A stretch of 32,426 bases of DNA from contig JBIKLL010000025.1 in assembly GCA_044359815.1 (NCBI GenBank), forward strand, positions 1 through 32,426, given 5' to 3'. The DNA is from Pseudobdellovibrionaceae bacterium. Its GTDB lineage: Bacteria > Bdellovibrionota > Bdellovibrionia > Bdellovibrionales > Bdellovibrionaceae. Position numbers and translations under genes: made by a program. Numbering within the stretch: position 1 is the stretch's first letter; the number at the start of each line of letters is the position of its first letter. The notes below the pieces were generated by a model, which worked only from the letters and a program-made list of their open reading frames with translations, did not search any database and was not told where the DNA came from. Of the stretch, positions 1 to 9,617 are shown piece after piece.

Positions 1-270
1 GATGACGCCTCAGGGGTTTATGAACATTTGTTATAAAAATATGAAAAAAAGCGACCCATTAGTTCAATCAGATACAGGTTGGGAAAAATCCATTTTGAAA
101 AAGGTGAAATCCAAAAGGCTTCTACAATTTGGGCTCCATTGAAAGAAGAAAAGAATGATTTCTGGTACAAGTTATCACAGGAAAGACTGAAGGGTTCAGA
201 GTGGTCTGAGAATTACAAGAAATACATCAGAAGAATTCCTGCAATGGAAAATTCGGAGGTTGTAAGATGA
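1..270 (+). CDS. C-terminal part of a TPR-like protein upstream of flgB; 5'-truncated by the window, with an in-frame TAA at 34-36 (possible pseudogene or base-call error)
   Basis: Frame 1 reads DDASGVYEHLL*KYEKKRPISSIRYRLGKIHFEKGEIQKASTIW..., a TPR-like helix pattern (A..Y..LL..Y....SIRY.LG.I.F..G....A..W) on both sides of the stop. Its final stop overlaps the flgB start (ATGA). Confidence 0.6.
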
Positions 271-677
271 GTGATCTGTTTGACAAAACAACATCTGCCT
301 TAGGTACGGCATTGAACATGCGTTTACTGAGGCACAATATCACATCGGCGAACATCGCAAATGCTGAGACGCCGAATTACAAAGCTAAAAAATTAGATTT
401 TGAGGAAGCTTTGGCCAGGGCCGTGGACACTGACGGTTTAAAATCAATGAACACGTCTGATGAAGCTCATTTTGCCTTGGGAGCAGGGCCGATTCACAGT
501 CTGACACCCGAGATTTATGAAAATCCAGAAGGTGCTGTGAACAATGACAGAAACAATGTGGATCTGGAACGGGAAATGGCGGCTTTGTCTGAAAACAACA
601 TTCATTACAAGGCGGCTTTGCAATTGATCAATAAAAAATTGGCTGCATTAAGGTATGCAGTCAGTGAAGGAAGATAA
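267..677 (+). CDS. flgB: flagellar basal body rod protein FlgB
   Basis: N-terminal rod motif ANIANAETPNYK and C-terminal NNVDLEREMA; first gene of flgB-flgC-fliE. Confidence 0.96.
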   Translation: MSDLFDKTTSALGTALNMRLLRHNITSANIANAETPNYKAKKLDFEEALARAVDTDGLKSMNTSDEAHFALGAGPIHSLTPEIYENPEGAVNNDRNNVDLEREMAALSENNIHYKAALQLINKKLAALRYAVSEGR

Positions 678-687
678 GGGGAATTAA

Positions 688-1131
688 ATGTCTGATTTTT
701 CAACCGGCTTCAGAGTTTCCAGCAGTGGAATGTCTGCCCAAAGGACTAGGATGCATACCATTCAGTCAAACTTGGCAAATGTTAACACCACCAGAACTCC
801 AGAGGGTGGTCCCTATCGTCGTAAGGATGTGGTTTTTGAAAGCATGCCCGACGTGAAAAGTTTCGGTGATGTGATGAGTGTGAATTCGCCCAATGCAGAC
901 ATACATCGAGTTCAAGTTACAGATTTTGCTTATGATAAAAGAGCTCCGTTGATGAAGTATCAACCAGATCACGTGGATGCTAATGAGGAAGGGTATGTGG
1001 CATATCCTAATATCGATGTGTCCGAGGAAATGGTAAATATGATTCAAGCTCAAAGAGCTTACGAGGCCAATGTCTCGGCTTTTCAAGCCAGTAAAGACAT
1101 GGCATTGAGTGCGCTTGAAATAGGTAGATGA
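688..1131 (+). CDS. flgC: flagellar basal body rod protein FlgC
   Basis: SGMSAQRTRM...NLANVNTTRTPEGGPYRRK and YPNIDVSEEMVNMIQAQRAYEAN motifs. Confidence 0.97.
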   Translation: MSDFSTGFRVSSSGMSAQRTRMHTIQSNLANVNTTRTPEGGPYRRKDVVFESMPDVKSFGDVMSVNSPNADIHRVQVTDFAYDKRAPLMKYQPDHVDANEEGYVAYPNIDVSEEMVNMIQAQRAYEANVSAFQASKDMALSALEIGR

Positions 1132-1165
1132 TTTTTGGTTTTTTTGACAGAATAGGAGTAAGGCC

Positions 1166-1522
1166 ATGGAAGGTTTTACAGTAAAGAACGCGAATCAATT
1201 TTTGAACTCAGGCAGACTGGATAACCATTCGGTTGATCAAAAGTCTGTGAAAATAAATCAAGATGACTTGGTAGGAATTAAAGGCTCCTCTGACGATACG
1301 GGTGCCAGCTTTCAAGCAACTCTTTCTCAAGCAATCGGCAAAGTTAATGAATTGCAAAAAGATGCCAATGTTAAAGCCGAGCAATTGGTAACAGGAAAAA
1401 CTGACAATATTGCTGATGTGATGATCGCAGGTGAAAAAGCTGACATTGCGCTGAAATTAATGATGCAAGTTCGAAACAAGATCATCGACGCTTATCAAGA
1501 AATTATGAAAATGCAGGTTTGA
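1166..1522 (+). CDS. fliE: flagellar hook-basal body complex protein FliE
   Basis: C-terminal VMIAGEKADIALKLMMQVRNKIIDAYQEIMKMQV signature; SD AGGAG upstream. Confidence 0.96.
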   Translation: MEGFTVKNANQFLNSGRLDNHSVDQKSVKINQDDLVGIKGSSDDTGASFQATLSQAIGKVNELQKDANVKAEQLVTGKTDNIADVMIAGEKADIALKLMMQVRNKIIDAYQEIMKMQV

Positions 1523-1546
1523 GTTTGGATAAACTAGGGGGATTCG

Positions 1547-3196
1547 TTGAATAAAATATTAGGCAGTTTAGTCGTACAGTTTAAAGACTTCTTTAAGGGT
1601 CTTGGTCCTACCAAGCGAATGTCGATTATCGCTGCGACAATTATTGCGGGGATCGCATTCATGACTGTATCTTACATGATGAGCGGCAAGGACTATATTT
1701 CCCTGTTAACAAATGTTCCGAACGATCAATTGGCACTGATCATTGAAAAGCTTAATGGAAAGAATATCCCCTTTCAGTTGCGAGACGATGGTAAGACCGT
1801 AGCAGTTCCTGAAGATCTGTTGCATTCAACACAAATGATGTTGATGTCTGAAATCGGATCCAACCGAATTGGAAGTGTGGGTTTAGAGATTTTTGAAAAA
1901 GAAGATTTTGGTACTAATTCCTACGCCCAAAAAGTTCATTTTCAGAGAGCTCTGCAGGGAGAGTTAATTCGGGCTATCAATACTTTGACTGCGGTCAGGC
2001 AGTCCAAGGTTTTATTAGCTATTCCTAATCGTAAAACATTTTTGGAAGAAACAGTTCAGCCTTCGGCATCAGTAGTTTTAGAGCTGTATCCTGGTAAAAC
2101 ACTGCAGCCAGATCAGATCAGAGGGATTCAATACTTGATTTCATCTGCGGTGGAAGGTTTAGCTCCTGAAAAAGTAACAGTGGTTGATGACAGGGGTAAG
2201 ATGCTGTCCAGACAATCTGATACGGCCACTGGTGGATCAGCAGAAATATTAGAGCTGAAAGAAAAAATTGAACAAGATATCGAAGAACGTATCGAAGCGA
2301 TTCTGTCAAAAGTCGTTGGACAGGGGAAGGTCATTGCCCGAGTCGATGCCACATTGAATACAAAAATCATTCAATCAGTTGAAGAAAGCGTTGATCCAGA
2401 AAAAACGGCTATACGCAGTCAGCAAACACAGGAAGAAGCTTTAGATGGATCACGAACAAATCCATCTGGAATTCCTGGAGCCAGAAGCAACATCCCTGGT
2501 GCCGAAGACGGTGGCCAAGTCGGATTTAAGCAAGACGTTAAAAAAGATTTGAAAACTGTGAACTACGAAGTCCCAAAAACAGTTCGAAATATCAAAGAAG
2601 CTGCCGGCAGTATCGAAAGAATCAGCGTGGCGGTTTTGGTGGACGGTTTTGACCAAAGGGTGACTAAAGATGATGGATCGACTGAAATGAAATGGGTGGC
2701 TCGAACACCTGAAGACATTCAGAAATATGATTCACTGGTAAAAAACGCGATTGGTTTTAATAACGGTCGTGGTGATAACGTTAAAATCGAAAATATACAG
2801 TTTATCGCGGAAGATTTTTCTGAGAGCGATCGATTGTTGACATCTTTAGAGCGCAAAAAATTACTGCATGCTTTGTTTAAATGGTCGATGTTGGGATTCA
2901 GTTTAGCACTGTTTTTCTTTGTCGTGATCAGACCCTTCATGCAATGGATTACAGATAGTTTCCAAGACTCTGTTGAAGAAATGCTTCCAAGAACAATCGA
3001 GGAGCTTGAAGAGCTTCAGTCTGTTGACAACACTTTGCCTGGTATGAGCTCTGCACTGCCTGTGCTTGAGGAATCGATTGATCCCGACAAAGCTGAGAGC
3101 GAACTACTAAAAGATCGAATTATGAATCTAATGGAAGCAGATCAGGAAAAAGCTTCCGGAGCTTACTCAATGTGGCTCATTAGAAAGGAACAATAA
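1547..3196 (+). CDS. fliF: flagellar MS-ring protein FliF
   Basis: Two TM segments, GLEIF..FG..RALQGELIRAI, PSASVVL and GIPGARSN motifs; TTG start after GGGGGA. Confidence 0.96.
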   Translation: MNKILGSLVVQFKDFFKGLGPTKRMSIIAATIIAGIAFMTVSYMMSGKDYISLLTNVPNDQLALIIEKLNGKNIPFQLRDDGKTVAVPEDLLHSTQMMLMSEIGSNRIGSVGLEIFEKEDFGTNSYAQKVHFQRALQGELIRAINTLTAVRQSKVLLAIPNRKTFLEETVQPSASVVLELYPGKTLQPDQIRGIQYLISSAVEGLAPEKVTVVDDRGKMLSRQSDTATGGSAEILELKEKIEQDIEERIEAILSKVVGQGKVIARVDATLNTKIIQSVEESVDPEKTAIRSQQTQEEALDGSRTNPSGIPGARSNIPGAEDGGQVGFKQDVKKDLKTVNYEVPKTVRNIKEAAGSIERISVAVLVDGFDQRVTKDDGSTEMKWVARTPEDIQKYDSLVKNAIGFNNGRGDNVKIENIQFIAEDFSESDRLLTSLERKKLLHALFKWSMLGFSLALFFFVVIRPFMQWITDSFQDSVEEMLPRTIEELEELQSVDNTLPGMSSALPVLEESIDPDKAESELLKDRIMNLMEADQEKASGAYSMWLIRKEQ

Positions 3197-4233
3197 TGGC
3201 TAAGCTGGCAAAACTTGAGAACGTCGAATTTGAAAGTCTGAAGGGTTTTGAAAAAGCCGCAATTTTGGTAAATTACCTGGGTCCTTCGGCATTGGGAATA
3301 CTGTTTAAAAATCTGGAAGACGGAGACGTTCGAAAGCTAGTCAATATTATGCAAAAGTACCGGATCGTACCGGTGCATGTTACTAAACGAGTTCTTGAAG
3401 AATATTACGAAATGCTCAGCGAATCTAATGAATACATTTTTTCCGAAAATGTTCATAGCAAAGATGCTATTGTAAATGCACTGGGTGAAGAACGTGCTCG
3501 AGGTATTTTGGGCGGTGTGAACATGGCCATAGGCACTGGCAGAACTCTGGAAAGCTTAGAAATGGTTGATGCGAAAAGCTTATCGACTTTTTTGGTCAAT
3601 GAGCATCCGCAAACTGTAGCAGTGATTCTGGCTCACTTAGAGCCAGAAAAAAAGAGTGAAGTTCTAAGAAGACTTCCAGATACTTTGCAGGCCGAAGTGG
3701 TTTTAAGAATGGCAAACCTGGATCAGGTGGCGCCTGAGTTGATTCTTGAAATTGATCAAGTTCTTAAGCGTGAACTTGCATCCATGGGCACTGTCGAGCA
3801 GGCTTCATTGGGTGGAGTTCAGCCAGTTGCTGAAATGCTTAACGTTATGGATAAAAACACTGAGACTTCAATTATGTCCAGGATCGAGGAAAAAGATCCT
3901 CTGTTGGCGGAAGAGATCAGAAAACTTATGTTTGTATTTGAAGACATCAGTAAAATTGATGATCGTGGAATCCAAACGCTTCTTAAAGAAGTTCCGAATG
4001 ACAAATTGTTATTGGCACTCAAAACAGCAAACGAAGACATACGCACAAAAATCTTCAAAAATATTTCTGCTCGTGCGGCTGAGATGTTGAAAGAAGACTT
4101 AAACAATATGGGGCCATCAAGATTGTCAGATGTTGAGGGAGCTCAGCAAGAGATCGTAAACGCAGCAAGAAGGCTAGAGGCCGAAGGCAAGATCCTGATT
4201 GCTCGTGGAGGATCCGAAGATGCGCTTGTCTAA
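3196..4233 (+). CDS. fliG: flagellar motor switch protein FliG
   Basis: EKAAIL, EHPQTVAVIL, GGVQPVAEMLN and MFVFED motifs; TAATG coupling to fliF. Confidence 0.97.
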   Translation: MAKLAKLENVEFESLKGFEKAAILVNYLGPSALGILFKNLEDGDVRKLVNIMQKYRIVPVHVTKRVLEEYYEMLSESNEYIFSENVHSKDAIVNALGEERARGILGGVNMAIGTGRTLESLEMVDAKSLSTFLVNEHPQTVAVILAHLEPEKKSEVLRRLPDTLQAEVVLRMANLDQVAPELILEIDQVLKRELASMGTVEQASLGGVQPVAEMLNVMDKNTETSIMSRIEEKDPLLAEEIRKLMFVFEDISKIDDRGIQTLLKEVPNDKLLLALKTANEDIRTKIFKNISARAAEMLKEDLNNMGPSRLSDVEGAQQEIVNAARRLEAEGKILIARGGSEDALV

Positions 4234-4996
4234 TATACTGAAGGCTAAAAAAGCTGCCGAGACAGTTTTGGATTTTGACCCGCCCAAATTTGAATTGGAT
4301 TCGTCGGCTCAGGCAAAAGCTTATGTCGAAAGAAGAAAGCAAGACTCTACAAAATTTCGGATGGCAGAAGTCATTCGAATGCAGACGGGTGTCAAAGAAA
4401 TCGAAGATGTTTCATCCGAAGAGTCAATTCAAAAACGAGTCGTGGAAGAGCTCAAGCAAGTTCAAGAAAAAGCATACAAGGAAGCTTATCAATTGGGCTT
4501 AACTGAAGGTATCAAAAAAGCCTTTGAAGAAAAAAACTTGGAAATCGACGTTGGCTTGAAGCAGATGGAAGCCGTCATTGATTCGGTAGTGACTTTAAAA
4601 AAAGAACTGGTCCGATTTAATGAAACACATTTGGTGAAACTGCTTTTTCATTTTGCATCTCGTATCGCAGGCAAAGAAGTAACCTTGGATAACACCTTGG
4701 TTTTAGATTTTATCAAGCAAGCAGTGGAAAAAGCTCAAAGCGAAGAGGAAATTGTGCTGAATGTTTCCAATGATCAGTTTCAGTTTGTTGAAGAATTGCG
4801 AAACAGCACTCAGCGCGAAATGGAATTTTTAAAAAAGGTCAAATTGGTAGCCAATGAAGCAGTTAAAGCTGGCGGTTGCATCGTTCAAACCAACTATGGA
4901 GAAATAGATGCGCGCACGGATGAGCGAGTTCAGAAACTTTGGGAACAATTGTCTGAATCATTATATAGAGTGAAAGAAAAAGTGAGCGCTGCTTGA
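4220..4996 (+). CDS. fliH: flagellar assembly protein FliH
   Basis: Lies between fliG and fliI; AYKEAYQLGLTEG repeat region and GGCIVQTNYGEIDAR C-terminal motif; ATG at 4220 preferred over the track start at 4199. Confidence 0.9.
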   Translation: MRLSNILKAKKAAETVLDFDPPKFELDSSAQAKAYVERRKQDSTKFRMAEVIRMQTGVKEIEDVSSEESIQKRVVEELKQVQEKAYKEAYQLGLTEGIKKAFEEKNLEIDVGLKQMEAVIDSVVTLKKELVRFNETHLVKLLFHFASRIAGKEVTLDNTLVLDFIKQAVEKAQSEEEIVLNVSNDQFQFVEELRNSTQREMEFLKKVKLVANEAVKAGGCIVQTNYGEIDARTDERVQKLWEQLSESLYRVKEKVSAA

Positions 4997-6321
4997 ATGA
5001 TCTAAGACTTCATCTCAATAAATTTCATGATCTGATAGACAATTCTCATCTGACCCGTGATACGGGCAAGGTCACTGAATTGGTCGGCCAGATGGTGAAG
5101 GGCTATTTGCCCGGAGCTGCATTGGGCAGTATTTGTGAACTGCAGCCAGTGGGATCAGATCGCCATTTACTGACTGAAGTCGTCGGATTCAAAGACCAAT
5201 CGGTTTTGATGATGCCGCTCAGTGATTTGCGTGGTGTGGGCTTAGGATCAAAGATAAATTTATTGAAAGAGCGCGCAACAGTTCGGGTAGGACCTGATCT
5301 ATTGGGTCGAGTGATGAATGGATTGGGCGAAATCATTGATAGTAAGCCCGAATTTGAAGGTGAGAAAGACGTTCCATTATATGGAGATGTTTATAATCCA
5401 TTAGACAGAAAGCCTATCAGAACTCCGCTGGATCTGGGAGTGAAAGCACTGAATGGTGTTTTAACAATTGGTGAAGGCCAAAGAATTGGAATCATGGCCG
5501 GCTCTGGAGTTGGAAAATCTGTGTTACTGGGCATGATGTCCAGATATTCAAAAGCTGATGTGAATGTGATTGCTTTGATTGGCGAGCGCGGAAGGGAAGT
5601 CCGTGAATTTATCGAAAACGATTTGGGTCCCGAAGGCATGAGCCGCAGTGTTGTCATAGTAGTCACCAGTGATCAGAGCCCTTTGATCCGCATGCGTGGC
5701 GCATTTATGGCAACAGCTATAGCCGAGTATTTTTCAGGATTGGGAAAAAATGTTTTGTTGATGATGGATTCGATCACTCGATTTGCAATGGCTCAACGTG
5801 AAATAGGACTGTCAGTGGGAGAGCCCCCGGCATCAAAGGGATACCCGCCCAGTGTTTTCGGTATGCTGCCAAAGCTTATCGAAAGAACAGGATCTTTTGA
5901 AAAGCAAGGCAGCATCACAGGTTTGTACACGGTTTTAGTTGAAGGTGATGATATGGATGATCCCATTGCCGATTCAGTAAGATCGATCGTTGATGGGCAC
6001 ATTGTCCTGACTCGAAATCTTGCTCAGCGTGGGCATTTTCCTGCCATAGATGTTTTGCAAAGTGCCAGTCGAGTTATGAGAAGCATTGTAGACGAAGATC
6101 ACATGAATGCCGCATTGAAATTGAGAGAGCTTTTGGCGGTGTATAAAGATGCTGAGGATCTGATAAATATTGGTGCATATAAACAAGGTGCCAATCCAAA
6201 AATCGACAAAGCAGTTAAGCTGATTGATTCAGTGAATGTGTTTCTGAAGCAGCGACTGGAGGAGCCTTCCAGTTTTTCTGAAAGTATCGGGATTCTTAAA
6301 TCTATAACTGATCAGGTTTAG
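4993..6321 (+). CDS. fliI: flagellar export ATPase FliI
   Basis: Walker A GSGVGKS, ALIGERGREV, LLMMDSITRFA and DGHIVL motifs. Confidence 0.97.
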   Translation: MNDLRLHLNKFHDLIDNSHLTRDTGKVTELVGQMVKGYLPGAALGSICELQPVGSDRHLLTEVVGFKDQSVLMMPLSDLRGVGLGSKINLLKERATVRVGPDLLGRVMNGLGEIIDSKPEFEGEKDVPLYGDVYNPLDRKPIRTPLDLGVKALNGVLTIGEGQRIGIMAGSGVGKSVLLGMMSRYSKADVNVIALIGERGREVREFIENDLGPEGMSRSVVIVVTSDQSPLIRMRGAFMATAIAEYFSGLGKNVLLMMDSITRFAMAQREIGLSVGEPPASKGYPPSVFGMLPKLIERTGSFEKQGSITGLYTVLVEGDDMDDPIADSVRSIVDGHIVLTRNLAQRGHFPAIDVLQSASRVMRSIVDEDHMNAALKLRELLAVYKDAEDLINIGAYKQGANPKIDKAVKLIDSVNVFLKQRLEEPSSFSESIGILKSITDQV

Positions 6322-6323
6322 CT

Positions 6324-6779
6324 ATGAAATTCAAATTCTCGTTAGATCGAGTCATGAAACATCGAAAAACTCTGGAAGACATTGCTCAAAGAGATTTTCA
6401 ATTGGCTTTGGCAGATCTGAAAAAAGAAGAAAATCAGTTGGAGTTCTTAATTCAAGAAAAAAACAAATGCTATGACATAGTCTTTAAAAAGCAATCCCAA
6501 GGCGGTAATCAGGGGGAGGCCCTAAGTCAGATAGACGCGTTCATGAAGGGGCAGGACATTCGAATAGCTAGACAGCGCAAAAAGATCGAGGAATGCAATT
6601 CAAAGGTTGAGGAAATGCGGGAAATTTTGCTGGAAAAGGCAAAAGAATATAAAATAATAAGTGAGCTTCATGATCGGAAAAAGGCGATTTTTATTAAGGA
6701 ATTTAATAAAAAGGAAAGTCGCAAGTTGGATGATCAAAACATAATGAGGTTCAGAATCAAGGATGATAAAAATGGCTGA
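6324..6779 (+). CDS. fliJ: flagellar export chaperone FliJ
   Basis: FKFSLDRVM N-terminus, coiled-coil character, C-terminal LDD; directly after fliI. Confidence 0.88.
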   Translation: MKFKFSLDRVMKHRKTLEDIAQRDFQLALADLKKEENQLEFLIQEKNKCYDIVFKKQSQGGNQGEALSQIDAFMKGQDIRIARQRKKIEECNSKVEEMREILLEKAKEYKIISELHDRKKAIFIKEFNKKESRKLDDQNIMRFRIKDDKNG

Positions 6780-7608
6780 CGGATACGATCAGTTCTTTAA
6801 AAAAGTTCGCAAGGCCGCAAGTCAACAAAGACCACAGCAAAGCAGCAATGATATGGCTGAATCTCTGCGTGAAAAGGTCAAACCTAGAATCGAGAAAGCT
6901 AAGAAATCAAGGGGCAAGATTCCTTGGAAACTTGTGGGTGTTTCATTTGTTGGTTTAATAGTGGCCATTGCAGGATTAATTTTTTTCGATGATATCGAAA
7001 AAGTTGTGAAAAATATTGAAATCAAACTGATGGGTGAAGCTGTTGCTGAGGAAACTTCAAAAAAGCCAAAAACCGAAGGCGATAAGGGCGCAAAGGACGG
7101 CAAAGACGCAGCTAAAAAATCTGAAGAAAAAACAACTACAGTCGCTGAGGGTAATAAAGAATTTACTTCAGAAGAGTTGAATCATTTCTACCGTCTTAAT
7201 GACAGAAAGCGTGAGCTTGATTCGCGTGAGGAAGAGCTAAATCGGACAGAGTCTGAGCTGAATGCGCAAAAGCAAGAGCTGGACAAAAAACTGCAAGAAT
7301 TGGAAACCACCAGGCAAAATATTAGTTCGGTACTGGAAGATCGAGTTAATGCCGACGACAAGAAAGTGGAAACTTTGGTGCAGGTTTATTCGAACATGAA
7401 ACCAAATCAGGCCGCTAAAATTTTTGAATCAATGGATGAGGACTTGGCCGTTGAGATTCTGGGTAGGATGAAGAAGAAAAATGCTGCCGAAGTTATGAAT
7501 CTTATCAAGGCTGAAAAAGCTCAAGTGATCACCGAGAAATATGCAGGTTATAAACGAAAACCGGCAGCTGCCAATACGGCAGTTCCGGATAGTACTAAAA
7601 ACAATTAA
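6772..7608 (+). CDS. MotE/YlxF-like flagellar protein (TM segment, coiled coil, MgtE-N-like domain)
   Basis: LVQVYSNMKPNQAAKIFESMDEDLAVEILGRMKKKNAAEVM motif; between fliJ and fliK; start could be 6763 or 6772. Confidence 0.8.
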   Translation: MADGYDQFFKKVRKAASQQRPQQSSNDMAESLREKVKPRIEKAKKSRGKIPWKLVGVSFVGLIVAIAGLIFFDDIEKVVKNIEIKLMGEAVAEETSKKPKTEGDKGAKDGKDAAKKSEEKTTTVAEGNKEFTSEELNHFYRLNDRKRELDSREEELNRTESELNAQKQELDKKLQELETTRQNISSVLEDRVNADDKKVETLVQVYSNMKPNQAAKIFESMDEDLAVEILGRMKKKNAAEVMNLIKAEKAQVITEKYAGYKRKPAAANTAVPDSTKNN

Positions 7609-7632
7609 TCATCCACGGAAGGAGGATTTTTT

Positions 7633-9558
7633 TTGAAAATTGATCTCGCGAATCTGGGCCCACCAGCAAAAGGGCTTTCGGGTTTAGAATCTCTCAGGCA
7701 AAAAGCGTTGCCAGCAGATTCCTTAATCCCAAAAGCTGAAGGTGCAGATTCTTTTGATCAGATGCTCTCTAAGGCAGATGCCTCAGAAAATGTCAGATCA
7801 GAGGTCCCTGAAGCAAGGGTGGTCCCTAGCAAAAGTGTGCCCGGTAAAAGCACACAAAATGCTCAGAAGGATTCAAGCCAATACGCGAGTGAAATACAGG
7901 ACAAGTCAGTAACCGGTAATACAGGCCGAATACTGCAGAATGAAAGTTCGGCAGATCCAGAGGCAAAAGACACGGTTACCAAGAAAAGCAGAGAGCAAGC
8001 GATGCTACAATTCATGGACTCGATGGAGAGTGAACTTGGCATCCCCCCGCAAGAAGTTGCGCAGGCAATGGCTGATCTCTCGGTAGAAGACTTACAGAAA
8101 CCCGCCAGTGAAACTGCGGGACTTGTGATTTCACAATTGGAACTGAATCCCAAAGAAGCAGAAAAGGCCATGGCCTTATACTTAGGAATGATAGCTCAGG
8201 TTCAGACCGAGCCAGTTCTTAAGAAGGAAGGTTATTACCAACCGCCAGCAGTTATGGTTAATCCTGCTGTATTACCAGCAGCGAAAAATCGAGAGGCGCT
8301 TAATAATTCATTGGATCAGATGAATTCCAAATTTTTTATGTGGGATAAAAGCAAAATTCCCCAAAAAAATCTAACCCCAGATTTAGAGGGTGGAAAACAA
8401 ACTGACAAAAATGAATTTATAGCAAATCCAGATGCTATAGCTGTTGAGGATGGCTTTTATTCAAAACCCAAAATGATTCAGGTGCCACAGTTTGAGGCCC
8501 AGTTACCTGATCGACCCTTTCCAGATTCAAATCTTCAAAAATTGAGTCAGCTTGAGGGACGATCCGCGACTGGTAAAAGTTCGCAAAACGAACAGCTTCT
8601 TGAAAAACTGTCGGCATTGGGAGCCGCTGCAACCGCGCTAAATGAATCAATGAAGACTGATCCAAGATTATCGCAACCAAATGTCAAAATGCCTGAAATG
8701 CAACAGGCGACCAACGATCAGCAGGGAAAAATCCCAGTGGATCAATTGACGGCAGCTCTTCCTGGGCAGCAGATTGCGATCAATCAGGAGCAAAGTAAAT
8801 CCCAGTTTGGACCAGAAGGACAATCTAAATCTTCGCAAAGCAAGACTGAAAAAATCAGTCAGTCAAAAGGACAATTGCCGGGCGGAGCGGGAGAGTTCTT
8901 TACCAAAACATTGGAGTCCACAACTCATAGCAATTCACTGCACAGTGCAGGAGCTGACTTAAGCTTGCCTGCACTGACTCCGCAAAACCATCCTGAGAGC
9001 ACTGAAAACATCAGGCAACTGATGAATCAGGCTCAGTATCTGATTAAAAAAGGTGGCGGAGAAATGAATGTTCAACTGACCCCAGAAGGATTGGGTAAGT
9101 TGCAAATGAAGGTGATTGTGAGCGACGGAAAAGTGGATGTCCAAATGCAAACAGAGACCAAGGAAGCCAAGAAGGCTCTTGAATCTTCGATTGGAGAATT
9201 GAAATCCAGTTTAGGCATTCATAAGCTCAGTCTTGAGCATCTGAAAGTCGATGTGGGGCAAAAGCTGGCGGATAACAGTGGGAACTTCAATGATACTGCA
9301 CAAAAGCAAAGTGATCAGCGCAATGATCTTGCCCGAGACAATGGGCGTGACGGTTCACGTGAACAGGCCAGACAGTTTTTAGGCCAGTTCAGAGATGAAA
9401 CATTCAATCAACGCGGATTTTTGTTTGATACGGCAAAGCCAACCAGGTATTCGGCTGGGCCCAGTGTGGATCCTTTGAAACCCGCTCCTATGCAGGGAAA
9501 TTCAGTCAAAAGGTACAGTGGTCAAGGCAAAGGATCTGGTCTTGATCTTGTAGTATAG
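7633..9558 (+). CDS. fliK: flagellar hook-length control protein FliK
   Basis: Long polar low-complexity N-terminal region and C-terminal FliK domain (MNVQLTPEGLGKLQMKV...VDVQM...ALESSIGELKSSL); TTG start after GGAGGA; precedes flgD. Confidence 0.9.
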   Translation: MKIDLANLGPPAKGLSGLESLRQKALPADSLIPKAEGADSFDQMLSKADASENVRSEVPEARVVPSKSVPGKSTQNAQKDSSQYASEIQDKSVTGNTGRILQNESSADPEAKDTVTKKSREQAMLQFMDSMESELGIPPQEVAQAMADLSVEDLQKPASETAGLVISQLELNPKEAEKAMALYLGMIAQVQTEPVLKKEGYYQPPAVMVNPAVLPAAKNREALNNSLDQMNSKFFMWDKSKIPQKNLTPDLEGGKQTDKNEFIANPDAIAVEDGFYSKPKMIQVPQFEAQLPDRPFPDSNLQKLSQLEGRSATGKSSQNEQLLEKLSALGAAATALNESMKTDPRLSQPNVKMPEMQQATNDQQGKIPVDQLTAALPGQQIAINQEQSKSQFGPEGQSKSSQSKTEKISQSKGQLPGGAGEFFTKTLESTTHSNSLHSAGADLSLPALTPQNHPESTENIRQLMNQAQYLIKKGGGEMNVQLTPEGLGKLQMKVIVSDGKVDVQMQTETKEAKKALESSIGELKSSLGIHKLSLEHLKVDVGQKLADNSGNFNDTAQKQSDQRNDLARDNGRDGSREQARQFLGQFRDETFNQRGFLFDTAKPTRYSAGPSVDPLKPAPMQGNSVKRYSGQGKGSGLDLVV

Positions 9559-9574
9559 TCATTTCAAAATAAGG

Positions 9575-9600
9575 TGTGCCCCTGTGAAAGCGGGGGCGCA
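9575..9600 (+). promoter_or_regulatory. 11-bp GAAA-tetraloop hairpin between fliK and flgD, without a U-tract
   Basis: TGTGCCCCTGT-GAAA-GCGGGGGCGCA pairs fully when G-U is allowed; ends just before the flgD RBS (AAGGA). Confidence 0.55.
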
Positions 9601-9617
9601 AACTAAAGGAATAATTC

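Noticed and set aside
79..270. Independent 63-aa ORF
   Set aside because: TTG start with no SD; it reads as the tail of a longer TPR-like frame broken by TAA at 34-36.
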